This document shows, in pieces, positions 1 to 9,549 of a DNA stretch of 46,930 bases. A program made the position numbers and the translations under genes. Under the pieces are notes generated by a model that saw only the letters and a list, made by a program, of their open reading frames with translations, searched no databases and was not told the DNA's origin. The first letter of the stretch is position 1. Each line of letters starts with the position of its first letter. The stretch is from Promethearchaeota archaeon (lineage in GTDB: Archaea > Asgardarchaeota > Lokiarchaeia > Sigyniarchaeales > SOKP01): positions 1 through 46,930 of the forward strand of contig JAEOTR010000063.1 in the NCBI GenBank assembly GCA_016839705.1, given 5' to 3'.

Positions 1-169
1 ATCCCGCAAAGGGAGCACCTGCAGGTAATTCTCCTTGCTCCTGCAGGTATTGCATGATTTTCATGTAGGATTCTCCCAATAGTTGAGGTAATTGTTCTAC
101 TGAGGTTTTTGTACGTATAGATAAAACCAATTGAGCATCTCGCTCTATTTTTTTACATTTATTCGACAT
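1..169 (-). CDS. GyrI-like small-molecule-binding protein, N-terminal part (runs off the window edge)
   Basis: Not in the ORF track. Manual translation from ATG at 169 gives MSNKCKKIERDAQLVLSIRTKTSVEQLPQLLGESYMKIMQYLQEQGELPAGAPFAG, typical of GyrI-like/AraC effector-binding domains. GTGGA lies just upstream. Confidence 0.7.
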   Translation of the reverse strand, partial: MSNKCKKIERDAQLVLSIRTKTSVEQLPQLLGESYMKIMQYLQEQGELPAGAPFAG

Positions 170-339
170 ATGATTTCCACTTCTATTTTTTGAATCTATT
201 TTTAATTATCACAATTTAAAAAGTAAGAAGATGTATATTTTAAAATTAAACAATATTATTTAAATGAATCTCAGTCGTAACTAAATGAATTATTGAGCTT
301 AAGCTTTTAAAATTTGAATCCTTAAGTTATTTATTTATC

Positions 340-2316
340 TTATTCTACAATGCTGCTATATTCATTATACAAAGCATCAATGATCGTCTCGAAAGCTTCC
401 TTAACTCCTTGACTGGTTTTTACTGAAGTTAAATAGTAGCCTAAAAGGTTATTTTTTTCAGCAAATTCTTGAACTTTTGAAAAATCAATATTGTTTTCAT
501 CTATCAGATCCGCTTTATTAGCAATTATTATTATCGGAATATCTCCGCAAGTTCTTTTTATTTGTTCATGCCAATCTGAAATTTGAGTAATAATATCCCT
601 CTCTTGATCATCCTCTCTAAGGCTGTAAACAATTATAGCCGCTCCACTATTATTAAAAAAGTCTTGATGAAGAAAATGAAATTTTTTACCACCCGCGATA
701 TCCCAAAAAAGTAATCTAACTATATCACCTTCGATTTCTTTGTCAAATACTGAATACTGAGCTCCAATTGTCTTAACATAATCCTTTTTAAAAATGTTTT
801 TAGTGTATCGACTAATTAAGGAAGATGTACCTGCTCTCGTATCTCCTACAACAGCTATCTTAAACCTTAATTTATATGGGTACTTCTTTACTGGATTTTG
901 ATAGTTTGTTATAATTCCTTGGGAAAGTGAAGAGAGAACGTTTTCAAAACCCTCTGAATCTGTTTCCGATATTTCAATATAGGCAGAAATATTTAATTTC
1001 ATCGCAAGAGATTTACCTTGTTCTGTGGTTATGTTTTTACCCTCACCTAAACCTACAAGAAATATAGGCATGTGAGAATAGGTATCTTTCATTTCTGGTC
1101 GATTAAATTTTAGATCAGTAGCTTCTTTCAACATAGAGTAAAAGTCTTTAATTAGATTAATCGAATCTGGATCACTTTTATCATAAACTAGTATTGCTCC
1201 GCTAGCACCCTTACAATATGATTGGATGTAAGATCTCCAGCGCATTTCAGACGAAATATCCCAGAGTTGTAATTTTACTTTTTTATCAGAAATGTCTATG
1301 GTTTTTGGATAAAATCCTACACCCATAGTGTCTCTTTGACCTTCCCCTCCTGGAATAGGAGGCATTAGGAGTAATTCAGTTGCCTGTTCAGATTTTAAGC
1401 CTAAAATAACCACTTTAAAAATGAAATCATAAATTTTTGCCAGATCACTAAAATGAGCTAAAAAACTTTCATATCTTCGGATTTTTTTGCGAAGTTCATA
1501 TAACTGAGTTCTTCCCGTACTTGAAAGTTTAATATCTAAGACACGTTTTAAAATAGCTTCCGCTTGACCTTTACTTATAGTTTTCTCATATTTATTATAG
1601 AGATCATGTGCTATTTTCGAAATTAACCAATCCAAATCATTTTCTTTGAGAAGATACTCAATTATATGTATTGTTTTAACTTTTGGGTCTCTAATCCATG
1701 CATCATCTACAATCATTTCTTGTTCTATATCGGTTACCAAATTCTCTTTACTATAATCACATTTTTTAAGAAATTTTTCTAAATTTTTTAATTGGGCATC
1801 AGTCAAAAAATCAATTTTAATTGTTTGACTAATTCGGAGGGTTGTGTCTTGACTTATAATGCAAACTCCTCTAGGTGATAAGTCTATAACTTTAAAGGTA
1901 ACATCTCTACCACTCCCTAAAGATATGAAAACTAAATCATCAACTGTTATAGGATAGTTGGTTAACTCTCTTTTGACAATACTTTCGACTCGTGGGATTT
2001 TTCTTAATTCTATATTAACTGGTGCTAAAGTAACTTTTTGAGCAGGTTGGGGTGTAACTTTTTGTATTTCTATTGTATCATTAATGATTGTGCCTGTATT
2101 TTTCCTTAACCTTGAATCCATTCGAATAATTCCCAATCCTTCATCTGATGGATCATTTCGCATAGCAACACTCACACTTTCTTTTTCCCCATTAAGTTTT
2201 ATAAAATCCTTATGTTGAATGCTTAATTTCTTCATAACATCCGAATCAATTCTTATAATATTACGTCTGATGTCTCTTGATTTAGCTTTATGAATACGTA
2301 ATATAATTTGATCCAT
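340..2316 (-). CDS. CDC48/VAT N-domain fused to a helical linker and two degenerate Rab-like GTPase domains
   Basis: aa 1-165 resemble CDC48_N and CDC48_2 (RDIRRNIIRID, IIRMDSRLRKNTG, AQKVTLAP, FKVIDLSP). Domain 1 has FKVVILG, LQLWDIS, GASGAILVYD. Domain 2 has FKIAVVGDTRAGTSS, WDIAG, NKAD, TSVKT. No AAA domain. Confidence 0.85.
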   Translation of the reverse strand: MDQIILRIHKAKSRDIRRNIIRIDSDVMKKLSIQHKDFIKLNGEKESVSVAMRNDPSDEGLGIIRMDSRLRKNTGTIINDTIEIQKVTPQPAQKVTLAPVNIELRKIPRVESIVKRELTNYPITVDDLVFISLGSGRDVTFKVIDLSPRGVCIISQDTTLRISQTIKIDFLTDAQLKNLEKFLKKCDYSKENLVTDIEQEMIVDDAWIRDPKVKTIHIIEYLLKENDLDWLISKIAHDLYNKYEKTISKGQAEAILKRVLDIKLSSTGRTQLYELRKKIRRYESFLAHFSDLAKIYDFIFKVVILGLKSEQATELLLMPPIPGGEGQRDTMGVGFYPKTIDISDKKVKLQLWDISSEMRWRSYIQSYCKGASGAILVYDKSDPDSINLIKDFYSMLKEATDLKFNRPEMKDTYSHMPIFLVGLGEGKNITTEQGKSLAMKLNISAYIEISETDSEGFENVLSSLSQGIITNYQNPVKKYPYKLRFKIAVVGDTRAGTSSLISRYTKNIFKKDYVKTIGAQYSVFDKEIEGDIVRLLFWDIAGGKKFHFLHQDFFNNSGAAIIVYSLREDDQERDIITQISDWHEQIKRTCGDIPIIIIANKADLIDENNIDFSKVQEFAEKNNLLGYYLTSVKTSQGVKEAFETIIDALYNEYSSIVE

Positions 2317-2349
2317 TTTTTATCACATCGATATTCATATTTTGTAATC

Positions 2350-2937
2350 TTATTCAGAATTAAGGGTCTTATAATTCAATGCTTCTATAATTGCATTAAA
2401 AGCTTGTGTAACTCCTTTTCCTGTTTTTGCTGAGGTTTTATAGTACCCAAGAAACGAATTTTTTTTTACTATATCCTGAATCGAAGAATCATTTATTTTA
2501 GTCTCATCTACTAAATCCACCTTGTTGGCGAATACAACTATTGGGATTTCCCCACAATATTTAGTAAGAAGCTTGTACCAATATGTTATATGATTAAAAC
2601 TTTCCCTACCGAATTCATTTTCTTCAAGACTGTACACGATTATAGCTGCTCTACTATTTTTAAAGAAATTTGGTCTTAAAAAGTGGAATTTATCTTGTCC
2701 TGCGATATCCCAAAACATTAACCTAATTTTATCATTATTGATTTCTTTATCATATGTATAGAATTGTGCCCCTAGAGTCTTTATATATTCCTTTTTGAAA
2801 GAACCTTGAGTGTATTTCATAATTAAGGTTGTCTTACCTACTCTTCCATCCCCTACGATTGTTACCTTATATCTAAATTTTCGACTAGTATCAAGTTCCC
2901 TAATTCCATTAATTCCTTTTTTTTTCTCTACTTCCAT
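2350..2937 (-). CDS. Rab-like small GTPase with intact motifs
   Basis: G1 GDGRVGKTT, G3 WDIAGQ, G4 NKVD, G5 TSAK. Start moved from 3006 to ATG at 2937 (MEVEKK), which has GGAGGA upstream. The longer start overlaps the operator array. Confidence 0.92.
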   Translation of the reverse strand: MEVEKKKGINGIRELDTSRKFRYKVTIVGDGRVGKTTLIMKYTQGSFKKEYIKTLGAQFYTYDKEINNDKIRLMFWDIAGQDKFHFLRPNFFKNSRAAIIVYSLEENEFGRESFNHITYWYKLLTKYCGEIPIVVFANKVDLVDETKINDSSIQDIVKKNSFLGYYKTSAKTGKGVTQAFNAIIEALNYKTLNSE

Positions 2938-2981
2938 AATATTTCTCAAAAGATTCCTCCTCTTTTTTATAAAAAAAACAT

Positions 2982-3038
2982 GTCCAGTATAATATTGGAC
3001 GTCCAAATTTATTATGGACGTCTAAAATTATTAAGGAC
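2982..3038. promoter_or_regulatory. Three abutting 19-bp imperfect palindromes GTCC-N11-GGAC, a putative operator array
   Basis: gtccagtataatattggac (2982-3000), gtccaaatttattatggac (3001-3019), gtctaaaattattaaggac (3020-3038). A minus-strand TATA-like TTTAAATA lies at about 3046-3053. Confidence 0.7.
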
Positions 3039-3192
3039 AGTTTCATATTTAAATCTTTGGATCCTTGACAAAAATATCTAAAAGAATTGCTTTCTCTATA
3101 ATTACTTCAGTAGAATTAGGTTTTATGGTAAAATTAATATGAATACCTAATTATTATTTAATTTGAAATTAAAGAAATTTAAGATATCAATC

Positions 3193-3570
3193 ATGTATCG
3201 AATCGAGAAAATCGGGGAGAATAAGTTTTACATAAAAGCATTAGGCTTATTCCCACCCCCAGTAGCAAAACGTTTCATAAAGGAGTTTAGAAAGAAGACA
3301 AAAAAATTAAATGAATTCTCTGTAATTGTGGATGGTGTAGATGTTATTTTTCTTAATCTCGAATCGTTCGGAATTATTTTAGACTTCCTTAAAGAAAATA
3401 ATGAGAGATTAGGCAAATCTTCTTGGATAATATCCAAAAATCCACCTTTAGATAAAGAAATCGAAACACTTTTAGAAAGAGCTGATTCTCCTAAAAGGAA
3501 AATTGTCCAAACTCTTGAAGAAGCAAAGGAATGGATTGGGGTTAGTGATATAACAATAATCCGGGATTAG
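3193..3570 (+). CDS. Hypothetical protein, STAS/SpoIIAA-like fold
   Basis: About 125 aa alpha/beta pattern with VIVDG and terminal TLEEAKEWI. Probable start is ATG at 3193 rather than TTG at 3163. Confidence 0.5.
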   Translation: MYRIEKIGENKFYIKALGLFPPPVAKRFIKEFRKKTKKLNEFSVIVDGVDVIFLNLESFGIILDFLKENNERLGKSSWIISKNPPLDKEIETLLERADSPKRKIVQTLEEAKEWIGVSDITIIRD

Positions 3571-3596
3571 TGCTCTCTAATGATAAAGACAATGAC

Positions 3597-4397
3597 TTAA
3601 TCTAATCTTAATCGCTCTTTACATAAATCAATAGCCTTTTGATTGTTATCTACCCCTATCCATTTCCTTTTTAATTTATTCGCTACAGCTAAAGTTGTAC
3701 CTGTTCCACAAAAAAAGTCAGCAATAAGTTCTCCTTCATTTGAAGAGGATAGAATGATCCTTTCAAGCAATTTTTCTGGTTTTTGGGTTGGATATCCTAA
3801 ATACTCTTTGGATCTAGTTCTAGTTTGATATGAATATATATCATTCCAGACATCCCCTACTGCATTTCCAGGTTTTTCGTCTAAATATTGTTTGCCACCA
3901 CGTCTTTTTCTATAGATACGTCCATCCTCATCCTTATATCGAAACATTTTCTTGATATAGTCTTTTTTATAGGGGATATATTGCTTATTGAAAGTGTATA
4001 TATCAGATTTAGTATAATACAAGATTGTATCATGTTGGCGTACCCATCCTTTAACCTGACTTTTGAATCCGGATACACTTCCCACATTCCATATAATCTC
4101 TCTTCTAAAGTATTTTTTATGGAAGATATTATCGCACAAGAGTTTAAGATCAAATACAGCATTCGCATCTGAATGACAATAAAAGCTACCAGAACTCTTT
4201 AGAAGTCGATGCATTTCTTTTACTCTTAGCTCCATAAAATGTAAATAATCTTCTAAGGAGTTCCATTTATCGTCAAATTCTTTATAATCAACACCGGTAT
4301 AGAAAGGAGGATCTATGTAAATTAGGTCAATAAACTCAGAGTTAAGTTTTCTTAAGAATTCTAAATTTTCTGCCAAGTATACTGTATTCAATTTCAT
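3597..4397 (-). CDS. Site-specific DNA methyltransferase, N4-C/N6-A, beta class
   Basis: DLIYIDPPF precedes ADFFCGTGTT, and YPTQKPEKLLERII is present. Probable start MKLNTVY at 4397. Confidence 0.93.
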   Translation of the reverse strand: MKLNTVYLAENLEFLRKLNSEFIDLIYIDPPFYTGVDYKEFDDKWNSLEDYLHFMELRVKEMHRLLKSSGSFYCHSDANAVFDLKLLCDNIFHKKYFRREIIWNVGSVSGFKSQVKGWVRQHDTILYYTKSDIYTFNKQYIPYKKDYIKKMFRYKDEDGRIYRKRRGGKQYLDEKPGNAVGDVWNDIYSYQTRTRSKEYLGYPTQKPEKLLERIILSSSNEGELIADFFCGTGTTLAVANKLKRKWIGVDNNQKAIDLCKERLRLD

Positions 4398-4417
4398 TAG
4401 GAAGTTAAATAGAACTA

Positions 4418-4819
4418 ATGATTTATACAATTATAATGAGTAAGGAACGATTAAATAAGAATTTCTTGGATGAATTTAAGGATTATGATTTTTCTAAGAT
4501 TCAAGAGGATAAAATCTATCTTGTTGGATCCATACGCTTTAAGGATTATTTCATCAAAATTGAATCGATTTTACAAATTCTATTAAAAAAAATTGTATAC
4601 ATTTGTTCTGTTGATGGATTATTAAATAAAGAAAAGTTTTCCCTGATGGAATGGGAAAGCTTACAAGAAATTGCCTTAAGAAAGTTAGAAGAACAAGACG
4701 CGATATTAGTTTTAGATGTACATAATTATATTGGGGAACATTCTAGGGAAGAAATCGAACTATTTGAAAAAAAATATAAAAAACCAATATATTACCTAAC
4801 CAAATTAAAGAGAAGTTAG
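4418..4819 (+). CDS. Nucleoside 2-deoxyribosyltransferase-like (flavodoxin-fold) protein
   Basis: KIYLVGSIRF, RKLEEQDAILVL and YIGEHSREEIE fit the NDT/DUF4406-like pattern. Confidence 0.55.
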   Translation: MIYTIIMSKERLNKNFLDEFKDYDFSKIQEDKIYLVGSIRFKDYFIKIESILQILLKKIVYICSVDGLLNKEKFSLMEWESLQEIALRKLEEQDAILVLDVHNYIGEHSREEIELFEKKYKKPIYYLTKLKRS

Positions 4820-4974
4820 AGAAAGATCTTTAGCATTTCAAGCAAATTTTTCTCAAGCATTTAAAATCAGCATGTAAATCATTAATTTAATAATCTCATT
4901 TTTTTTTTAAGAAAAAACTGACATTAAGATATAAACTATTAATAGGAAAAATTATCTAAGGGTTTAAACGTAAA

Positions 4975-5955
4975 ATGGAATTGTTCCAAGTTTTTTGGGA
5001 CGAGGGGAAACAACTATTTTTAGAATTCAAAAAGGATGAAAAGGAAAATCAGATTCTTTTACCAGAAAAAATCAAACGTTTAAACTTAAAATTTGATATA
5101 TCAAAACCATATAGAAAAGATGTTCCTTCTAACCAACTACCATATTTAGTGTCTATAAAAAAGCTCTATTATTCTACCGAGTTTCTATGTTTTTCAATTG
5201 ATTTGAACGAGATCTTTGGTTATGATGATTTACAAATTAGAGTATTAAGATTAAATATTTTTTTATACTCTGGGCAACGCTATGAATGCACCTTCCAAGA
5301 GAAATTTAACATATCTGATATCTGGGTAAACGAGGATTGTTATGATGGATTTGAGTTTATAGAGTTAGGAGCAAAAAGAAGCCAACAAAACACTATCACA
5401 CGAGAGAAATTCTATAAAGAGGTTAAAACAGATCCTGACAAGAATAAACACGAAAGTACGGTTATATATGAAAAAAGCAGCGTTAAAAGTATATCTGTTG
5501 ACGAATCTATAATCTCAATGATTAGGGAAAGTAACAACACGTTGAAAAGCATAGAACAACACTTAATAAATTTAAATTCAACTATTCAGAATGTATCGAT
5601 GGCAAATATTTCCTATGCTCAGACTCTTCGTCTTCCTAATAGAAATTCTGGTCCTGGCATCGAAAGGATCAAAATACCATCAAACCCAAGTTTAATCCAA
5701 GGTCAAATGTCCTCCGGTAAATTAATGGTAATCAAAGAAATGAAAACTATTTTCAAACAGAATATTGATGAGAATTCAACTTTTAATATTAAGAATATTT
5801 TGAAGCCTTTAACTGAGGAAGAACTTAACAAGATGATGTTAGATGATGAAAAGCTAAAAGAAAAAGAAGCAGCAGCAATAAGTAAGCAAATACAGAGATT
5901 TAAGAAAGAACGAGAAAAGGTAGTAAAACTTGAGGAATTGAAAAAACCAAAATAA
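4975..5955 (+). CDS. Hypothetical protein with central and C-terminal coiled coils
   Basis: 326-aa ORF with no recognised family. Confidence 0.6.
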   Translation: MELFQVFWDEGKQLFLEFKKDEKENQILLPEKIKRLNLKFDISKPYRKDVPSNQLPYLVSIKKLYYSTEFLCFSIDLNEIFGYDDLQIRVLRLNIFLYSGQRYECTFQEKFNISDIWVNEDCYDGFEFIELGAKRSQQNTITREKFYKEVKTDPDKNKHESTVIYEKSSVKSISVDESIISMIRESNNTLKSIEQHLINLNSTIQNVSMANISYAQTLRLPNRNSGPGIERIKIPSNPSLIQGQMSSGKLMVIKEMKTIFKQNIDENSTFNIKNILKPLTEEELNKMMLDDEKLKEKEAAAISKQIQRFKKEREKVVKLEELKKPK

Positions 5956-6059
5956 AGAATTAATTTTTTAATAGAACCCTTTTAACTGGAGAGCAAATCT
6001 TTAATTATTTTCTAATATTGGATATAAAGAGGTAATATATTCAATAGAGGTTATATAAA

Positions 6060-6836
6060 ATTTTATTAAATTATATTATAGGTACAGCGGGAAGTGGCAA
6101 GAGTACTCTAACTGGGGAGTTAAAAGAATATATTGTAAATAGGAATCCAGAGACTTCCGCGATTACAATGAATTTAGATCCTGGTGTCAAAACCATGTCT
6201 TATGTACCGGATATTGACATTAGAGATTATATTGTTTTAGAAGAAGTAATGGAACAATATGAATTGGGACCAAATGGGGCTATGATTTTAGCTTCTGATC
6301 TGATGGTCAATTATTTAGATGATTTGAAAGACGAAATTGACGAATATAACCCGGAATGGATAATTGTTGATACTGCAGGACAACTGGAATTGTTTGCGTT
6401 TAGAGAAACTGGGCCATTAATAGCTAGTGCCTTAGGATTTGGTGATATTCAAAGATCTGTTTGTTTTCTTTTCGATTCAAACTTCGTTCTTAGACCTAAT
6501 GGTTTTATATCAACCTTACTTTTAGCTGCTTCCGTTCAATTTCGGTTTAGAAACATCTCGCAAGTAAATATTTTATCTAAAGTAGATCTTATCGATGAAG
6601 ATCAAATTGAAATGATTGTTAATTGGAGTCAAGACTTCCAAGCGTTAGAAGATTCAACAAATGAAAGAGAAAAAGGATTGATTAGAGAATTATCCATGTT
6701 GATCTCAGAAGTTTTTATCCAAATGGGATCAACAAGTGAATTAGTTCCCTGTTCAGTAAAGGAAGATGATGGGTTAAATATTCTATTTGGGAACTTGCAA
6801 AGAGTTTTTGATTCCGATGAATCAAAACATTATTAA
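6060..6836 (+). CDS. GPN-loop GTPase, probable ATT start
   Basis: YELGPNGA, NLDPG, DTAGQLELF and SKVD are present. Walker A GTAGSGKST (6081-6107) is in frame upstream of the first ATG (6168). In-frame TAG at 6045. Confidence 0.9.
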   Translation: MLLNYIIGTAGSGKSTLTGELKEYIVNRNPETSAITMNLDPGVKTMSYVPDIDIRDYIVLEEVMEQYELGPNGAMILASDLMVNYLDDLKDEIDEYNPEWIIVDTAGQLELFAFRETGPLIASALGFGDIQRSVCFLFDSNFVLRPNGFISTLLLAASVQFRFRNISQVNILSKVDLIDEDQIEMIVNWSQDFQALEDSTNEREKGLIRELSMLISEVFIQMGSTSELVPCSVKEDDGLNILFGNLQRVFDSDESKHY

Positions 6837-6885
6837 TCAAAATAAGTTCTAAAAGTAAATATATTCAAAAATTTACTACAAGAGT

Positions 6886-7983
6886 ATGAAGATTATCGGA
6901 CCAATAGCTGGTGTCGGTTCAAGATTAAGACCATTTACATTCAGTAAACCGAAAGCTTTTTTAACTGTCGCAGGAAAAACAGTGTTAGACCATATACTTG
7001 AGAAATTTAGTAATACTTTTGATCCTTCTACAGAATTAATCCTAATCGTTGGACATAAAAAAAGACAAATTATTAACTATGTAAAAGACAATTATATGGA
7101 TAAATTTAAACTCATTTTCATTGAACAACCTCCAAGGGGATATTTAGATGGTATCCCATTTTTTGGTGGACTTGGTGAAGCAGTTTATTTATCAAATGTA
7201 AGATTCAAAAAACAAGACTTTAAAACCAAAGAACAAAACAAAAGAGAAGGGTCACTTATTTTTTTAGGGGACATGATTCCGATTGATGAATATTCTTATT
7301 TAATGTATCGATATTTTGAATCAGATGTAGATGGAATCATTACAGTAATGGAAGTTCCTAATGAAGATGCTAGTTCATATGGAATTGTTACTGTTGATAA
7401 AGATTCGATTATACAAAACCTTGTTGAAAAACCAACGGATTTTATTTCTAATTTAGCAATTGCGGGTATCTATGCCTTTTCTTATTCAGCTACTCTTGCC
7501 CTTTTCAAAATAATTAAAGGTTATATAGATCAGAGGTCGGAAAATACAAAAGAAATATTTTTAACTCAAAGTTTACAAGATCTCGTGGAAGAAGGTTTTA
7601 AAATCGAAGCTGTGAAATTAAAACAAGGGATTCTTGATTTCGGTAGACCTTCTGAATTATTAAAAGGAAATAAATTCCTATTGACGCAGGCATCTGTTAA
7701 AAGGGAAGATTTCCATAAGTTTAACATAACAATTGATCGTTCATTTATAAAAAATCCTATTTTTTTAGGTGAAAATACTAAAATTATAAATTCTGTGATC
7801 GGTCCATTTGTTTCTATAGGGAAAAATTCAAATATCGAGAATTGCATTTTAGAAAATAGTGTAATTGAAGAACGAGCTGATTTACAGAATATAATCTCTA
7901 GTAATTCAATTATAGGATGTGATGTAAAAATAAAAAATATTAGCAAAGATAACTTAATTATTGGGGATAAAAGCAGATCCTAA
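6886..7983 (+). CDS. Sugar-phosphate nucleotidyltransferase (glucose-1-phosphate thymidylyltransferase-like) with C-terminal left-handed beta-helix
   Basis: AGVGSRLRPFT-SKPK, LGD, LVEKP, GIYAF, DFGRP and hexapeptide repeats. Confidence 0.9.
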   Translation: MKIIGPIAGVGSRLRPFTFSKPKAFLTVAGKTVLDHILEKFSNTFDPSTELILIVGHKKRQIINYVKDNYMDKFKLIFIEQPPRGYLDGIPFFGGLGEAVYLSNVRFKKQDFKTKEQNKREGSLIFLGDMIPIDEYSYLMYRYFESDVDGIITVMEVPNEDASSYGIVTVDKDSIIQNLVEKPTDFISNLAIAGIYAFSYSATLALFKIIKGYIDQRSENTKEIFLTQSLQDLVEEGFKIEAVKLKQGILDFGRPSELLKGNKFLLTQASVKREDFHKFNITIDRSFIKNPIFLGENTKIINSVIGPFVSIGKNSNIENCILENSVIEERADLQNIISSNSIIGCDVKIKNISKDNLIIGDKSRS

Positions 7984-8144
7984 TCACATTCCTCAACAAT
8001 ATCCAATAAAGTTAAAAATATAAGATTAGTAAGTTCTCTATAATATAATTAAATATTAATTATAGTAAGATTAAAATAGTAATTAATAACTTCAAGATTT
8101 TAAATGTATTAGAAATTTAAATAACACTTACTTCGTTATAAATC

Positions 8145-9527
8145 ATGCCATATCACATTGCTTTTGATCTAGCTCATAAGCCTAGAGGCCGAATTGATGA
8201 GAATTTAACTGAAGTTCGAGATCAATTAAATTCGAATGATTTCATTTGTTATAATTTTTTAGAAGTTCCAATAACCGAAGAATCATTGATGCCATATGAT
8301 ATTTTAGTATTTGTTTGTCCTGATTTTTCAAGAATCACTGCTAACGAAATCACTCAAATCGTAAAATGGGTCAAGAATTCAGGTGGTGGGTTATTATTGT
8401 TATCTCACGCAGGTGGTGATAAAGGGCGTGGGAGCAATTTATCTGAAATTTCCGAGCAATTCGGCATATTATTTGAGAATGATCAAGTCCTAGATGAGAC
8501 AACTAATTTGGGGTTAGAAAACATTCCTTTAATTTCTACTTTTAACATCCCTCATCCTATTACAGCTAATATCGAGTCTTTGTGTTATAGATCTGGATGT
8601 TCTCTTTCAATAGTGGGAAGTGGAGCATTTTCAATAGCAGATTCTAATGAGACATCTGAACCTTTTTCCTGTCCACTAGTTTGTGTAACAGAAATCAATA
8701 ATGGAAGAGTTTGTTGTATTGGAAGTTATGAGATGTTTAGAGATAAAATAGGAGGAGGATTTCAGTGTTCTGATCATCCAAAACTTACCTTAAATATATT
8801 TAAATGGTTAGTATCTGATTATCGTATGGAATTAAGATCGAAAAGTGAAGTTCCTATACCTATAACTGTATCTCAACCAGAAAGCAATGCTTCTACAACA
8901 GAAACTCAACCGGAAATTCAAACATCTTCAACACCGAGTGAACATCGAACAATAAACATTGATTTTTCGATGAAAATTTCAAAAAAAAGTGAATTAATTG
9001 AATTATTAAAGATATTTCAGAACCAAATAAACACAATAAAAACGACCATCGATAAGTTAATAAAAACATCAACAGAATCAGATGGGGATATAATTGAAGT
9101 CAATCCTGAGGAAATCTCTCAAATACAGATAAGCGATAAGGATGCTCAAGTTAGTGAAGAGGAGCTTCTTGAGCCACCAAAAATAAAAAGTGAAAAAATT
9201 AGAAAAGACGATACGGATCTTACAGCTTTACCCCCAAAACCAGAAAGTATGTTGCAGGATGTACTTGAAGACATTGACGAAATCGGTCTAAAGCCGGTAC
9301 CTAAATTGAAAACTAAAACTAGAACAAAAAAAGAATTAAAAAACGAACGAGAAGGATTAGAATCAAAGCTAAGCTCTGTTCAGGATCTATTGGATTTTAT
9401 TGGAAAAAGACATTCATCTGGAAAGATTGATGATGATGAATATTCAAAAAGATCAAAGAAGCTGCAAAATGATATTAAGAAAACAAAGAAAAAGATCACT
9501 GTTCTCGACAAAATTTTAGAAAAATAA
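8145..9527 (+). CDS. GIFT (GldG/IFT52/DUF4350)-like domain, disordered linker and C-terminal helical hairpin
   Basis: IAFDLAH, YDILVFVCP, EITQIVKWVKNSGGGLLLL, NLSEISEQFGI, HPIT and GRVCCIGS, then a P/E/K-rich linker and GKIDDDEY hairpin. Confidence 0.7.
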   Translation: MPYHIAFDLAHKPRGRIDENLTEVRDQLNSNDFICYNFLEVPITEESLMPYDILVFVCPDFSRITANEITQIVKWVKNSGGGLLLLSHAGGDKGRGSNLSEISEQFGILFENDQVLDETTNLGLENIPLISTFNIPHPITANIESLCYRSGCSLSIVGSGAFSIADSNETSEPFSCPLVCVTEINNGRVCCIGSYEMFRDKIGGGFQCSDHPKLTLNIFKWLVSDYRMELRSKSEVPIPITVSQPESNASTTETQPEIQTSSTPSEHRTINIDFSMKISKKSELIELLKIFQNQINTIKTTIDKLIKTSTESDGDIIEVNPEEISQIQISDKDAQVSEEELLEPPKIKSEKIRKDDTDLTALPPKPESMLQDVLEDIDEIGLKPVPKLKTKTRTKKELKNEREGLESKLSSVQDLLDFIGKRHSSGKIDDDEYSKRSKKLQNDIKKTKKKITVLDKILEK

Positions 9528-9549
9528 GATTCGCAATTAATTGGAAAGA

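Noticed and set aside
2982-3038. 19-bp periodic array as a mini-CRISPR
   Set aside because: The units abut without spacers, are too short, and there are no cas genes.
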